Positions 38,569 to 48,000 of a stretch of DNA of 64,000 nt are shown one piece after another. Position 1 is the stretch's first letter. Every line of letters begins with the position of its first letter. The position numbers and the translations under genes are program-made. Below the pieces are notes generated by a model, which was not told the DNA's origin, ran no database searches, and saw only the letters and a list, made by a program, of their open reading frames with translations. Origin of the DNA: an uncultured archaeon (GTDB lineage: Archaea > Thermoplasmatota > Penumbrarchaeia > JASLWR01). The DNA is taken from assembly GCA_964342815.1 (NCBI GenBank), contig CAYFHS010000001.1:211849-275848 (forward strand), in the 5' to 3' direction.

Positions 38569-41500
38569 TTTATCCCCTCCGCCAGGATTCCGTCGCATTG
38601 GGCCAATATCTGGTTATCCTTATAGTGTTGTAATTGAATGGCCTTGGCTGGGCACTCGCCTACACAGATGCCGCATCCCTGACATTCTGCAGCAATGATC
38701 TGTGCAACACCCTCTTCATTGATGCTCGGCACATTATATGGGCACACTCGGACGCATGTTAGGCATCCTGCGCACAGATCTTTTTCTACAACGGTAATCG
38801 AGCCACCTATTTCCAGGTTATCTTTGGATAGTATGGATCCCACTCTTGCTGCGGCACCACTTGCCTGAGCCACCGTATCGGGTATGTCCTTGGGTCCCTG
38901 ACAGCAACCTGCAAGGAAAATACCACTGGTAAACGTATCGATAGGTCTTAATTTCGGATGGGCCTCCATCATAAACCCGTCCGCACTTCGTGATATCCTG
39001 AGGAGGTTTGCCATTTCTCCCGAGCCCTCACGGGGTACAATACCTGAAGCCAGCACTACCAGGTCCGCCTCGATATCAGATTGTCCTGCGGCCTTGACCA
39101 CAAGTTTACCATTATCTTTTATAACTTCAATCTCGTCGGACAATTGCCTTCTCCTATAATGAACTCCCTCCTCTTGAACCCTGACGTAAAACTCCTCGAA
39201 ACCCTTGCCAAAGGCACGCACGTCAGTATAATAAATCGTAACATCGGAATCGGGCATTTTTTCTCTCACGAGGTGTGCCTGTTTTGCCGTGTACATACAG
39301 CACACCCTGGAACAATGCTCATTTCCCGCCCCATCCCTGTCTCTCGACCCTACACATTGTATGAAAACCACTTTTTCGGGCTCCTTCCCGTTAATTTCTA
39401 TGTGTCCGCCTGTGGGGCCGGAAGCGGATACTAACCGTTCAAACTCGATGCCGGATATCACATTCTTGAGCTGATCGTATCCATATTCGGGTAACGATGC
39501 GGCATCGAAGAGATCAAACCCTGTTGCAACTACAATCGATCCCACATCAACCTCAATCATCTCTTCATTCATATTATGGTCAATCGCATCAGCCTCGCAG
39601 ACGGCTACACATTCATAACATTCCACGCAACCACCGCAATCCAAGCACCTTCTTGCTTCTTTAATGGCCTCTTCCAGGGAATAACCCAGCTCAACCTCCT
39701 GGAAATTGTTCTTCCTTTTATTGAGGGGAAGCATTCTCATTGGGATTTTCTTCCTCTTTTTTACATTTTCCACGGGAGGTTTGAAAACTGGCAGCATCTT
39801 ATCCCTGCCTTCTGTCAAATCAATTCCGTTGATATACCTATCGATGGATTCTGCCACTCTTTTTCCTGCCCCTATCGCTTCAATGATCGTGCCTGAACCC
39901 AATATTGCATCTCCGCCGGAAAAGACTCCCTTTACACTCGTCTCCAATGTAACCGGATCTACCTTTATAATACCTGTACGGGTTGTTTCAATTTTGAAAT
40001 CATCGGAAATCTCATCAAGAGCCACCTCCTGACCGATGGCATATATCAGAGAATCAACTTCCATAGTATATTCAGAGCCAGGTATCGGTAGTGGTTTTCT
40101 TCTACCGGTTTTATCTACATCCCCCAATTCCATTTTTACGCATTCGATAGCCTTGATCCGTCCATTTTCACTGATAAATTTTGTGGGGACAGTTAAAAAT
40201 TCCAATTTTACGCCTTCCTCAATGGTTTCATCAATTTCCCATTCGGGCTCGGCAGGCATTTCTTCTCTAGAACGACGATAGAGGATTTTAACATCTCCAG
40301 AGCCCAATCTCAAACATGATCTAGCGGTATCCAGGGCTGCGTTACCTCCTCCTATAACAGCCACTCTATTACCTATCTTGGGATAGGCTTCTTTTAATCC
40401 GCTCAACTTTATGGCACCCACAGGACATATCGCTGCACATTTGCCGCACCCTCTACACAATTCTTCCAAAATGTATGGGTTTTTCTTTCTGTCCGGTTTG
40501 ACGTCATTATCAGGTCTCCTCATATCAACAATCGTTTCATAGGGACACTCTTCCATACATAATCCGCAACCAAAACAGATTTCCGAACTTATTGATGCTA
40601 TCGGAGTTGTTTTTATTACCCCTAGATTAAGGTCTTTTAAAAATTCAATCGACTGGAATACTCCTTCCAATGACTCGGTCTCCAGGCCCGATTTTTTACC
40701 TTTTTGTGCACCTATAGCTAGGAAAACTGCCCTGTACCCTCTTTCCATGATCTCTTTGATGGTAATCTCTCTACCCACCTTCATATTCAGAAATATTCGA
40801 ATTCCAAGATTGGTTACATCGGTGATTTCTTTTTCAAGTATTTCCTTGGGCAATCTGAAGGTAGGAATTCCAAATCTCATCATGCCGCCCAGGACGGGCA
40901 TTTCCTCGAATATCGATACGTGGTATCCCAAAAGGGCCAAATCATTAGCGGCTGTAAGCCCTGCAGGTCCTCCACCTATTATGGCCACCTTCTCCGCCCG
41001 AGTATCGATTGGAGGGGTCTTGGCAATAGGAATCTCAAGTTCGAAATCCCCAACAAATCTTTTTATTTGAGCGATTCCTACCGGTTCGTCTATTTCTTTC
41101 CTGGTGCAGGCATTCTCACATGGCCTGTGGCAGACTCTTCCGCAAATCGATGGGAAGGGTAAATGTTCTTTTATTACCTTTAGGGCCTGATAGAACTTGC
41201 CTCTACTAACCAATGATACATACCCGGGGGCCCCGATTTGCGCCGGACATACACTCTTGCAGGGTTGTAAACCTTCCCTACTAATGGTATATTTTAATGG
41301 CACGGCCTGAGGAAATGGAACCGATATTGCATTTCTGTCATCCAAACCGAAATTAAACTCATTAGGAATGGCCACCGGACAGACCTTGGAACATTCTCCG
41401 CAGCCTATACACTTTTCCCAATCTACGTAAGTGGGTTTTTTCCTGATCTTTACATGGAAGTTACCTACATAACCATCGACGTTTTCAACCTCTGCACAGG

Positions 41501-42134
41501 TTATAAGTTCAATGTTAGGGTGCCTCCCCACATCCACCATTTTCGGAGTCAGAATACAAGCAGAACAATCTAGTGTTGGGAAGGTTTTATCCAACTGCGA
41601 CATTCTTCCACCCACACTGGGAGTTTTTTCCACCAAATATGTTTTATAGCCCATGTCCGCAATGTCCAACGCTGTCTGGATACCGGCGATTCCACCTCCG
41701 ATCACCAGCGCATTCGATGTCACACCAACCGATGTCATTTCCAGGGGCTCCAGATGGATTGCGCGGGCTACCGCGCCCCTGATCAGCTCAATTGCTTTTT
41801 CGGTCCCTATGGACTTGTCCCCGTGTACCCAGGAGCACTGTTCTCGGATATTGGCCATCTCGAATTGAAATGGATTCATTCCTGCCTCCTTACAGAGAGC
41901 ACGGAACGTAGGCTCATGCATCCTTGGGGAACACGAGGCTACGACGACACGATCCAGTTTCTCCTCACTAATGTCTTTTTTGATCATCTCCTGACCTGGA
42001 TCTGAGCACATGTACTTGTATTCCCTGCACAGCACCACTTTAGACAATGTACCTATCTCATTAACTACCTTGGGCACGTCGACCGTAGATGTGATATTGA
42101 TACCGCAGTCGCAGACATATACGCCAACCTTCAT
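38565..42134 (-). CDS. hdrL: HdrL-type protein: HdrA with an inserted GltD/NfnB-like NAD(P)H-flavin module and an extra ferredoxin insert
   Basis: HdrA motifs GVYVCDCG, GGGIAG, DCSACILTPK, FIQCVGSRD and CSRVCC. GltD module CGRVCHRPCE, GGGPAG, GGGNAALD, YRRS. Several CxxCxxCxxxCP clusters. Confidence 0.9.
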   Translation of the reverse strand: MKVGVYVCDCGINITSTVDVPKVVNEIGTLSKVVLCREYKYMCSDPGQEMIKKDISEEKLDRVVVASCSPRMHEPTFRALCKEAGMNPFQFEMANIREQCSWVHGDKSIGTEKAIELIRGAVARAIHLEPLEMTSVGVTSNALVIGGGIAGIQTALDIADMGYKTYLVEKTPSVGGRMSQLDKTFPTLDCSACILTPKMVDVGRHPNIELITCAEVENVDGYVGNFHVKIRKKPTYVDWEKCIGCGECSKVCPVAIPNEFNFGLDDRNAISVPFPQAVPLKYTISREGLQPCKSVCPAQIGAPGYVSLVSRGKFYQALKVIKEHLPFPSICGRVCHRPCENACTRKEIDEPVGIAQIKRFVGDFELEIPIAKTPPIDTRAEKVAIIGGGPAGLTAANDLALLGYHVSIFEEMPVLGGMMRFGIPTFRLPKEILEKEITDVTNLGIRIFLNMKVGREITIKEIMERGYRAVFLAIGAQKGKKSGLETESLEGVFQSIEFLKDLNLGVIKTTPIASISSEICFGCGLCMEECPYETIVDMRRPDNDVKPDRKKNPYILEELCRGCGKCAAICPVGAIKLSGLKEAYPKIGNRVAVIGGGNAALDTARSCLRLGSGDVKILYRRSREEMPAEPEWEIDETIEEGVKLEFLTVPTKFISENGRIKAIECVKMELGDVDKTGRRKPLPIPGSEYTMEVDSLIYAIGQEVALDEISDDFKIETTRTGIIKVDPVTLETSVKGVFSGGDAILGSGTIIEAIGAGKRVAESIDRYINGIDLTEGRDKMLPVFKPPVENVKKRKKIPMRMLPLNKRKNNFQEVELGYSLEEAIKEARRCLDCGGCVECYECVAVCEADAIDHNMNEEMIEVDVGSIVVATGFDLFDAASLPEYGYDQLKNVISGIEFERLVSASGPTGGHIEINGKEPEKVVFIQCVGSRDRDGAGNEHCSRVCCMYTAKQAHLVREKMPDSDVTIYYTDVRAFGKGFEEFYVRVQEEGVHYRRRQLSDEIEVIKDNGKLVVKAAGQSDIEADLVVLASGIVPREGSGEMANLLRISRSADGFMMEAHPKLRPIDTFTSGIFLAGCCQGPKDIPDTVAQASGAAARVGSILSKDNLEIGGSITVVEKDLCAGCLTCVRVCPYNVPSINEEGVAQIIAAECQGCGICVGECPAKAIQLQHYKDNQILAQCDGILAEGIK

Positions 42135-44159
42135 CTAGACCACCTCCAAGGCTGCTCCGACCATGGCTTTCAATTGTTCCAGCTTGAATCCTTTGACAAC
42201 GATGCCTTCTTTCGGGCATGTCGCCTGACATACCCCGCATCCCTGACAGGCCACTTCGGTAACTTCAACAGTTTTCTTTATCTCCCTGTTCCTAATGTAT
42301 TCGATCAAAGTAAGTGCATTATAAGGACACGGGTCGATACAATAAGCGCATCCGTCACAGTTCTTGTCAATTACAAATGAAATATGTGGTGCTAATTCCA
42401 CTTTGCCCTGGTCAAGAGGTATCAACGCCCTTGCTGCGGCTCCGGATGCCTGGGCCACCGTGTCCGGTATGTCCTTTGGCGATTGGGCACATCCTGCTAA
42501 AAATAAGCCAGGCGATATCGTATCCACTGGACGCAGTTTGGGATGGGCCTCCAGTAAGAAACCATCGGCACTCTGGGACAGTTTCAACACCTTGGCAACA
42601 CCCTCACTTGTGCTCAGTCGGGGGATAATGGCTGTCGCAAGGACCACGAGATCCGCTTCCAAGGGGGGAGTGTCTCCGCTTTTCACAATGAGCGGACCGT
42701 TTTCAGCACCGGGCGTTTTAGGCACGACCTCAAGGGGATCCTCCAGTTCCCTATGGATATAGACAACGCCTTCATCCTTGACCCGATTGTAAAATTCTTC
42801 AAAACCTTTTCCGAAGGCCCTGACATCCGTATATAGCACCGTTGTATCCGCATCCTGCAACCTCTCTCGAACAAGATGGGCATGCTTTGCAGTGTACATG
42901 CAGCATACTCTTGAACAGTATGAATTGCCCCCTTCGCACCTTTCTCTGGAGCCCACACATTGGATGAACACCACCTTTTCCGGGCGTTTCCCATCAATCA
43001 GTATCTCTCCCCCGGTTGGGCCGGAAGAAGAACAAATACGCTCGAACTCCAATCCCGTTATCACATTTTTATTAGAACCATATCCATACTGTAGATTTTG
43101 AGAGGGATCGTAAAGGTCAAAACCAGTAGCTACGATAATAGTCCCTACATCCAGTTCGATCTCTTCGTCTTTCAGATTGAAATCGATAGCATTTGTGGGA
43201 CAGGCTTCCTGGCATTTGGGTGCCTTTCCGCATTTGCCTCTCGTTACCATCAAACAACGATCTTTATCTATGGTAAATTTCAAAGGAACGGCCTGGGGAA
43301 ACGGTAGATAGGCCGAACCTCGCATACCGATATTCGCATCAAATTCGTTCGGAATCCTTCCCTTGAGGCGGCACGCTTCCGCACATTCTCCGCAACCGAC
43401 ACATTTCTCAATATCGATGTATCTCGATTTCTTTTTTATTTTAACAATAAAGTTGCCTATGTATCCCCCCACTTCCGTTACTTCAGCATAAGTGAGAAGT
43501 TCGATATTCGGGTGTCGGGCCGCATCAACCATTTTCGGGGTCAATATACATGCGGAACAATCCAGTGTTGGGAATGTTTTGTCCAGTTGCGCCATTCTCC
43601 CGCCTATGGACGGGGATTGTTCTACCAAATATACTTTAAAACCGTTTTCAGCAATATCAAGCGCGACCTGGATGCCAGCAATCCCGCCACCAATAACCAA
43701 AGCATTGGGTATGACCTCCACTTCTTTCTTCTCTAACGGCTCCAGTAACCGTGCTTTGGCCACTGCCATCCGTATTAAATCTTCAGCTTTTTCGGTAGCC
43801 TCTCGAGGCGTCTTATTGTGTACCCAGGAACAGTGCTCACGGATGTTAGTCATCTCGAAAAGATATGGATTAAGGCCTGCTTCCGACAGTGTGATTCTAA
43901 ATGTGGGCTCATGCATCCTGGGGGAGCACGAGGCTACAATAACCCGAGTCAAATCCATTTCTTTGATATCATCCTTTATTAGTTTTTGGCCTGGCTCGGA
44001 GCACATGTATTTATAAAAACGGCTCACGGCAACATCAGGAAGAGTTCCCGTATATTCCGCGACCTTTTTCACATCGACAACCGCCCCGATGTTTATGCCA
44101 CATTCACATACATAGACCCCAATTCTCACTCTGCTTGCGTTGTTAGCTCCATCCGACAT
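42135..44159 (-). CDS. hdrA: Heterodisulfide reductase subunit A (canonical size)
   Basis: All HdrA motifs (GVYVCECG, GGGIAG, DCSACILTPK, QCVGSR, CSRVCC, C-terminal 2x[4Fe-4S]). ATG 44159 preferred; the ORF extends to 44189. Confidence 0.95.
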   Translation of the reverse strand: MSDGANNASRVRIGVYVCECGINIGAVVDVKKVAEYTGTLPDVAVSRFYKYMCSEPGQKLIKDDIKEMDLTRVIVASCSPRMHEPTFRITLSEAGLNPYLFEMTNIREHCSWVHNKTPREATEKAEDLIRMAVAKARLLEPLEKKEVEVIPNALVIGGGIAGIQVALDIAENGFKVYLVEQSPSIGGRMAQLDKTFPTLDCSACILTPKMVDAARHPNIELLTYAEVTEVGGYIGNFIVKIKKKSRYIDIEKCVGCGECAEACRLKGRIPNEFDANIGMRGSAYLPFPQAVPLKFTIDKDRCLMVTRGKCGKAPKCQEACPTNAIDFNLKDEEIELDVGTIIVATGFDLYDPSQNLQYGYGSNKNVITGLEFERICSSSGPTGGEILIDGKRPEKVVFIQCVGSRERCEGGNSYCSRVCCMYTAKHAHLVRERLQDADTTVLYTDVRAFGKGFEEFYNRVKDEGVVYIHRELEDPLEVVPKTPGAENGPLIVKSGDTPPLEADLVVLATAIIPRLSTSEGVAKVLKLSQSADGFLLEAHPKLRPVDTISPGLFLAGCAQSPKDIPDTVAQASGAAARALIPLDQGKVELAPHISFVIDKNCDGCAYCIDPCPYNALTLIEYIRNREIKKTVEVTEVACQGCGVCQATCPKEGIVVKGFKLEQLKAMVGAALEVV

Positions 44160-44310
44160 CAGGATACCTTCATGATTAGGAGTTTCCACTCATCATTGTA
44201 ATAAAGCTTCAGTAGGCAAATATTACATCATCGACCGGGGGTCTTATGTTCCCTACTTACATATTATCCCCGAGAATTATGTATTAAGTGCCATAATTTT
44301 TGTCAGAAAT

Positions 44311-44342
44311 TATACAATAATCCAGAATCTGGTTGTTGTATA
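44311..44342. promoter_or_regulatory. Near-perfect palindrome upstream of the hdrA-hdrL-mvhD-metVF operon
   Basis: TATACAATAATCCAGA-A-TCTGGTTGTTGTATA; the arms differ by one mismatch and one indel. Confidence 0.5.
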
Positions 44343-44495
44343 TCTGATCACCAATCACAATACTATTAATTCTATTAATATCTTTTGAGATTTTTATTTT
44401 CTCACTTCGTTAGGGTGAAAAACGTTTTAAGAGAGGAAGAATGAGGTAAAAAATTGACTAGAGGTTCAATGAACTTAGATTAAAGAAGAACTTTA

Positions 44496-44668
44496 TCAAA
44501 ATGCTGCGTAAGACCTAGGGCCCCACATCTTCAGGGCTCCAACCATTTCATTCACTATTTTGGTAAACTTCGGCCTCTAGACTGCTGACACCAATTCCAC
44601 CCTGAATCTCTCACGCTAAGGGCTAAAATCCTTCAGCATCAGTTACATGGTCTCCGTCTGTTGTGTAC
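44496..44668 (-). pseudogene. mvhD: Decayed C-terminal remnant of a third mvhD
   Basis: Hand translation: ETM*LMLKDFSP*RERFRVELVSAV*RPKFTKIVNEMVGALKMWGP. This matches the MvhD C-terminus (..ERxRLEWVSAxEGxKFxxxVxEMxxxxKxLGP) but carries three in-frame stops and lacks the N-terminus. Confidence 0.75.
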
Positions 44669-45094
44669 TCATCTTTCCTTATTACTTACAGGTGAAGGAC
44701 CCAATTTTCTGATTTTCTCGGTCATATCCACAGCTACTTTTGCAAACTTGGGTCCCGAAGATGTGGAAATATAATGCATTTCTATCCTCTCGCTTTCCAA
44801 GCCGATTTCCACTAATAATTTTTTTAGATGTTCAACACGCCTTTTCGCCCGGAAATTGCCCTCTATAAAGTGGCAACTACCTTCCTCACATCCCGCCACA
44901 TAAACGCCGTCCGCACCATCCTCGAATGCTTTCAAAATATAGAGGATGTCTATTTTTCCGCTGCACGGTATCCTTATTATCTTGACATTGGTGGGATATT
45001 GTATCCTCATTGTGCCCGCCATATCTGCAGCTCCGTATGCGCAATAATGACAGCAGAAGGCAATAATCTTTGGCTCGAATCCCGAATCCGTCAT
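44669..45094 (-). CDS. mvhD: MvhD-type [2Fe-2S] protein (copy 2)
   Basis: CCHYCAYGAAD, IPCSGK, AGCEEGSCHF; very similar to copy 1; ATGA overlap with hdrL2. Confidence 0.93.
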   Translation of the reverse strand: MTDSGFEPKIIAFCCHYCAYGAADMAGTMRIQYPTNVKIIRIPCSGKIDILYILKAFEDGADGVYVAGCEEGSCHFIEGNFRAKRRVEHLKKLLVEIGLESERIEMHYISTSSGPKFAKVAVDMTEKIRKLGPSPVSNKER

Positions 45095-48000
45095 TCTCCA
45101 ACCTCTTTCAGTATAGCATTACATTGACCTAATAATTGATCATCTCGAAAATGCTGCAATTGAATTGCTTTGGCCGGACATTCACTTACACATATGCCAC
45201 ATCCCTGACATTCCGCCTCATCTATCCGGGCGACTCCTTCCTTCGAGATCTTCGGTGCGGAGTAAGGGCATACTCTTATACAAGTAAGGCAAGTAGCACA
45301 TTTATCCGGATCGACCACTGAAATAGTACCGCCTATTTCCAGCGACTCTTTGGAGAGAATCGTACCTGCCCTTGCTGCCGCGGCACTCGCCTGGGCGATG
45401 CTCTCATCAATGAACTTTGGAGAATGGGCCAAACCCGCGAGGAAGACACCGGGGGTAGCAAAGTCCACAGGGCGTAATTTCACATGGGCCTCTAAAAAGA
45501 ATCCGTCCTTCGTCATGGGCAGTTTCAACATCTGGGAGAGTTCTATTGCTCCATCCTGAGGGAGTATTGCATTACTTAACACTAACAGGTCCGGTATAAG
45601 TGTTATCTCTCTATTAAGTATTGGTTCACGAATAGATACCTGCAATCCTTCATCATCGCTCACTATAGGAAGGTTCTCATCATCATAACGTATGAAAATG
45701 ATACCCTTTTCAGCTGCTTCCCTGTAATATTTTTCTCTGAATCCATAGGTTCGAATATCCTTGTAGAGCACGTAGATGTTGGTGTCGGGACTCTGTTCCT
45801 TGATCTTCAACGCATTCTTTATGGCACCGCTGCAACATACCCTGCTGCAGTAGGTTCTCTCCTCTGTGCGTGAACCCACACATTGGATCATGACCACATT
45901 TTCTGAGTTAAATGTATTTTTTACTAGTTTCTCTTCGAGTTCCTTCCTCGTACAGACATTTTTATTTACTCCATAGAGATATTCGCTGGGAATATATTCT
46001 TTTCCTCCGATTGCTAAGATAATTATACCATGATCGAATTCGTTCTCCGCCGCATCATTTTGAATGATAGTTGTCTTAAAGTTACCAATAACACCATCGA
46101 TATTTTTTATCTTTACCCCTGTGGAAACATGGATCAATTCGTTCTCATGTACACGGGAAATTATATTTCGTAAAAACTCTTGGGGATCTTCACCACCTAA
46201 CATGTAATGTGTATTTAGTGCTGCACCCCCCAACTCATTTTCTCGTTCAATTAGAAATGTTTCATATCCCTGTGCCGATAATTCCAGAGCAGCAGTCATA
46301 CCGGTTATGCCGCCCCCGATAACCAATCCTCTTGGGACAATGTCAATTTTTCTTTTCATTAGGGGATGATTTAATAAGGATTTTGAAACTGCAACTCTGA
46401 CGAGATCCATGGCTTTCCTTGTAGCCTCTTCCGGTTCGGTATTGTGTACCCAGGAACATTGTTCTCTTATATTCGCCATTTCAAATAAATAAGGGTTGAG
46501 ACCGGCTTCCTGAATCGTATTTTGAAATAACGGCTCGTGGGTTCGCGGAGTACACGCGGAAACGACGACTCGGTTCAGGTCATTTTCTTCAATAATATCC
46601 ATCATCTTTTTCTGTGTATCTTGGGAGCAGGTATAAATGAACTCCTCGGCCTTGACCACATTAGGTAACGTTTTTGCATATTCGACAACCGCAGGTACAT
46701 CTACCACCGAGCCGATATTGATTCCGCAATTACAAACGAAGACCCCTATCCGAGGCTTCTCGGCGGTGATATCCTTCTCGGGAGGGTATTCTTTAACAGA
46801 AACAAGGCTATTCCTTTCAGATGAAATAATACTCGATGCTTTGGCGGCGGCCCCGGAAGCTTCAATAACGGTCTCGGGAATATTCTTCGGACTCGAAAAA
46901 GCACCGCAAACATATATGCCTGGTCGAGAGCTTGTCATAGGAGAAAAATATTTAGTTGAGCAGAATCCGGACTCGTTCAGATCTATACCAAGTATATCGC
47001 TTATCGCGTCATTCGACCTCGGTGGTATCAATCCCGTTGACAGAACCACCATTTCAAAGACTTCTTGTTTCATCTCCTCGTTTTCCAAATAACTCAAAAT
47101 AAGATTGTTAGTGTGGGCATCTTCTTCGATGTTGGGAATCCTGCAGCGAGTAAACTTAATACCGTATTTTTCTTTTGCCCTGATGTAATAGTCATCGAAC
47201 TCCTTTCCGAAAGCTCTGATGTCCATGAAAAAGATATGTGTTTCAAGCCCCTCCACGTGTTCTTGAGCCAGAAGTGCTTCTTTCATCGCTGCCATGCAGC
47301 ATACGCTGGAACAGTATTCATTACTTCGTTCATCGCGCGAACCGACGCATTGTAAAAACGCAATTTTTCGAGGCTCCTTCTCATCCGACAGTCGTCGGAC
47401 CTTTCCCTGATATGGGCCTGAAGCGCTCAATATCCGTTCGAATTGAAGATTTGTGATCACATTCGGGAATCTTCTATAACCATATTCGTTATCTATATCC
47501 GGTTCGTAAAGGTCAAAACCAGTAGATACGACTATGGAACCAACATTCAGTTCCAGTTCCGTAGGGACCATCTCATGGTCAACGGCCTCCGCTTCGCAGC
47601 TCTTGACACATTCTAAACATTCCGAACAGATACCACAGCTCAAACAACGGTTTGCTTCGGCAATTGCCTCTTCTTCGGTTAATCCCAATTCTACTTCCTC
47701 AAAACTGGAAAGTCTTTCCTCCAGTGTGATGGTCCTTGCCTTCCTTCGTTTCTCGATTTGCACGTCTTCGATATCTACCTGACTGCTTATATCGGGTAAA
47801 TCCTCACTCTTCAAGCTCTCCTCCAAATTCTCAGCGCCCTGGAGGAATTTGTCTATGGTAATGGCCGCCCTTTCACCGGCTGCAATGGCATCAATGACCG
47901 TTGATGGACCGGTAATGAAATCCCCTCCTGCAAAAACTCCCGGCGTATTGGTCATGAGTGTTGTTGGATTCACTGCCAACCGTTCCCATTTAGTTATCTC

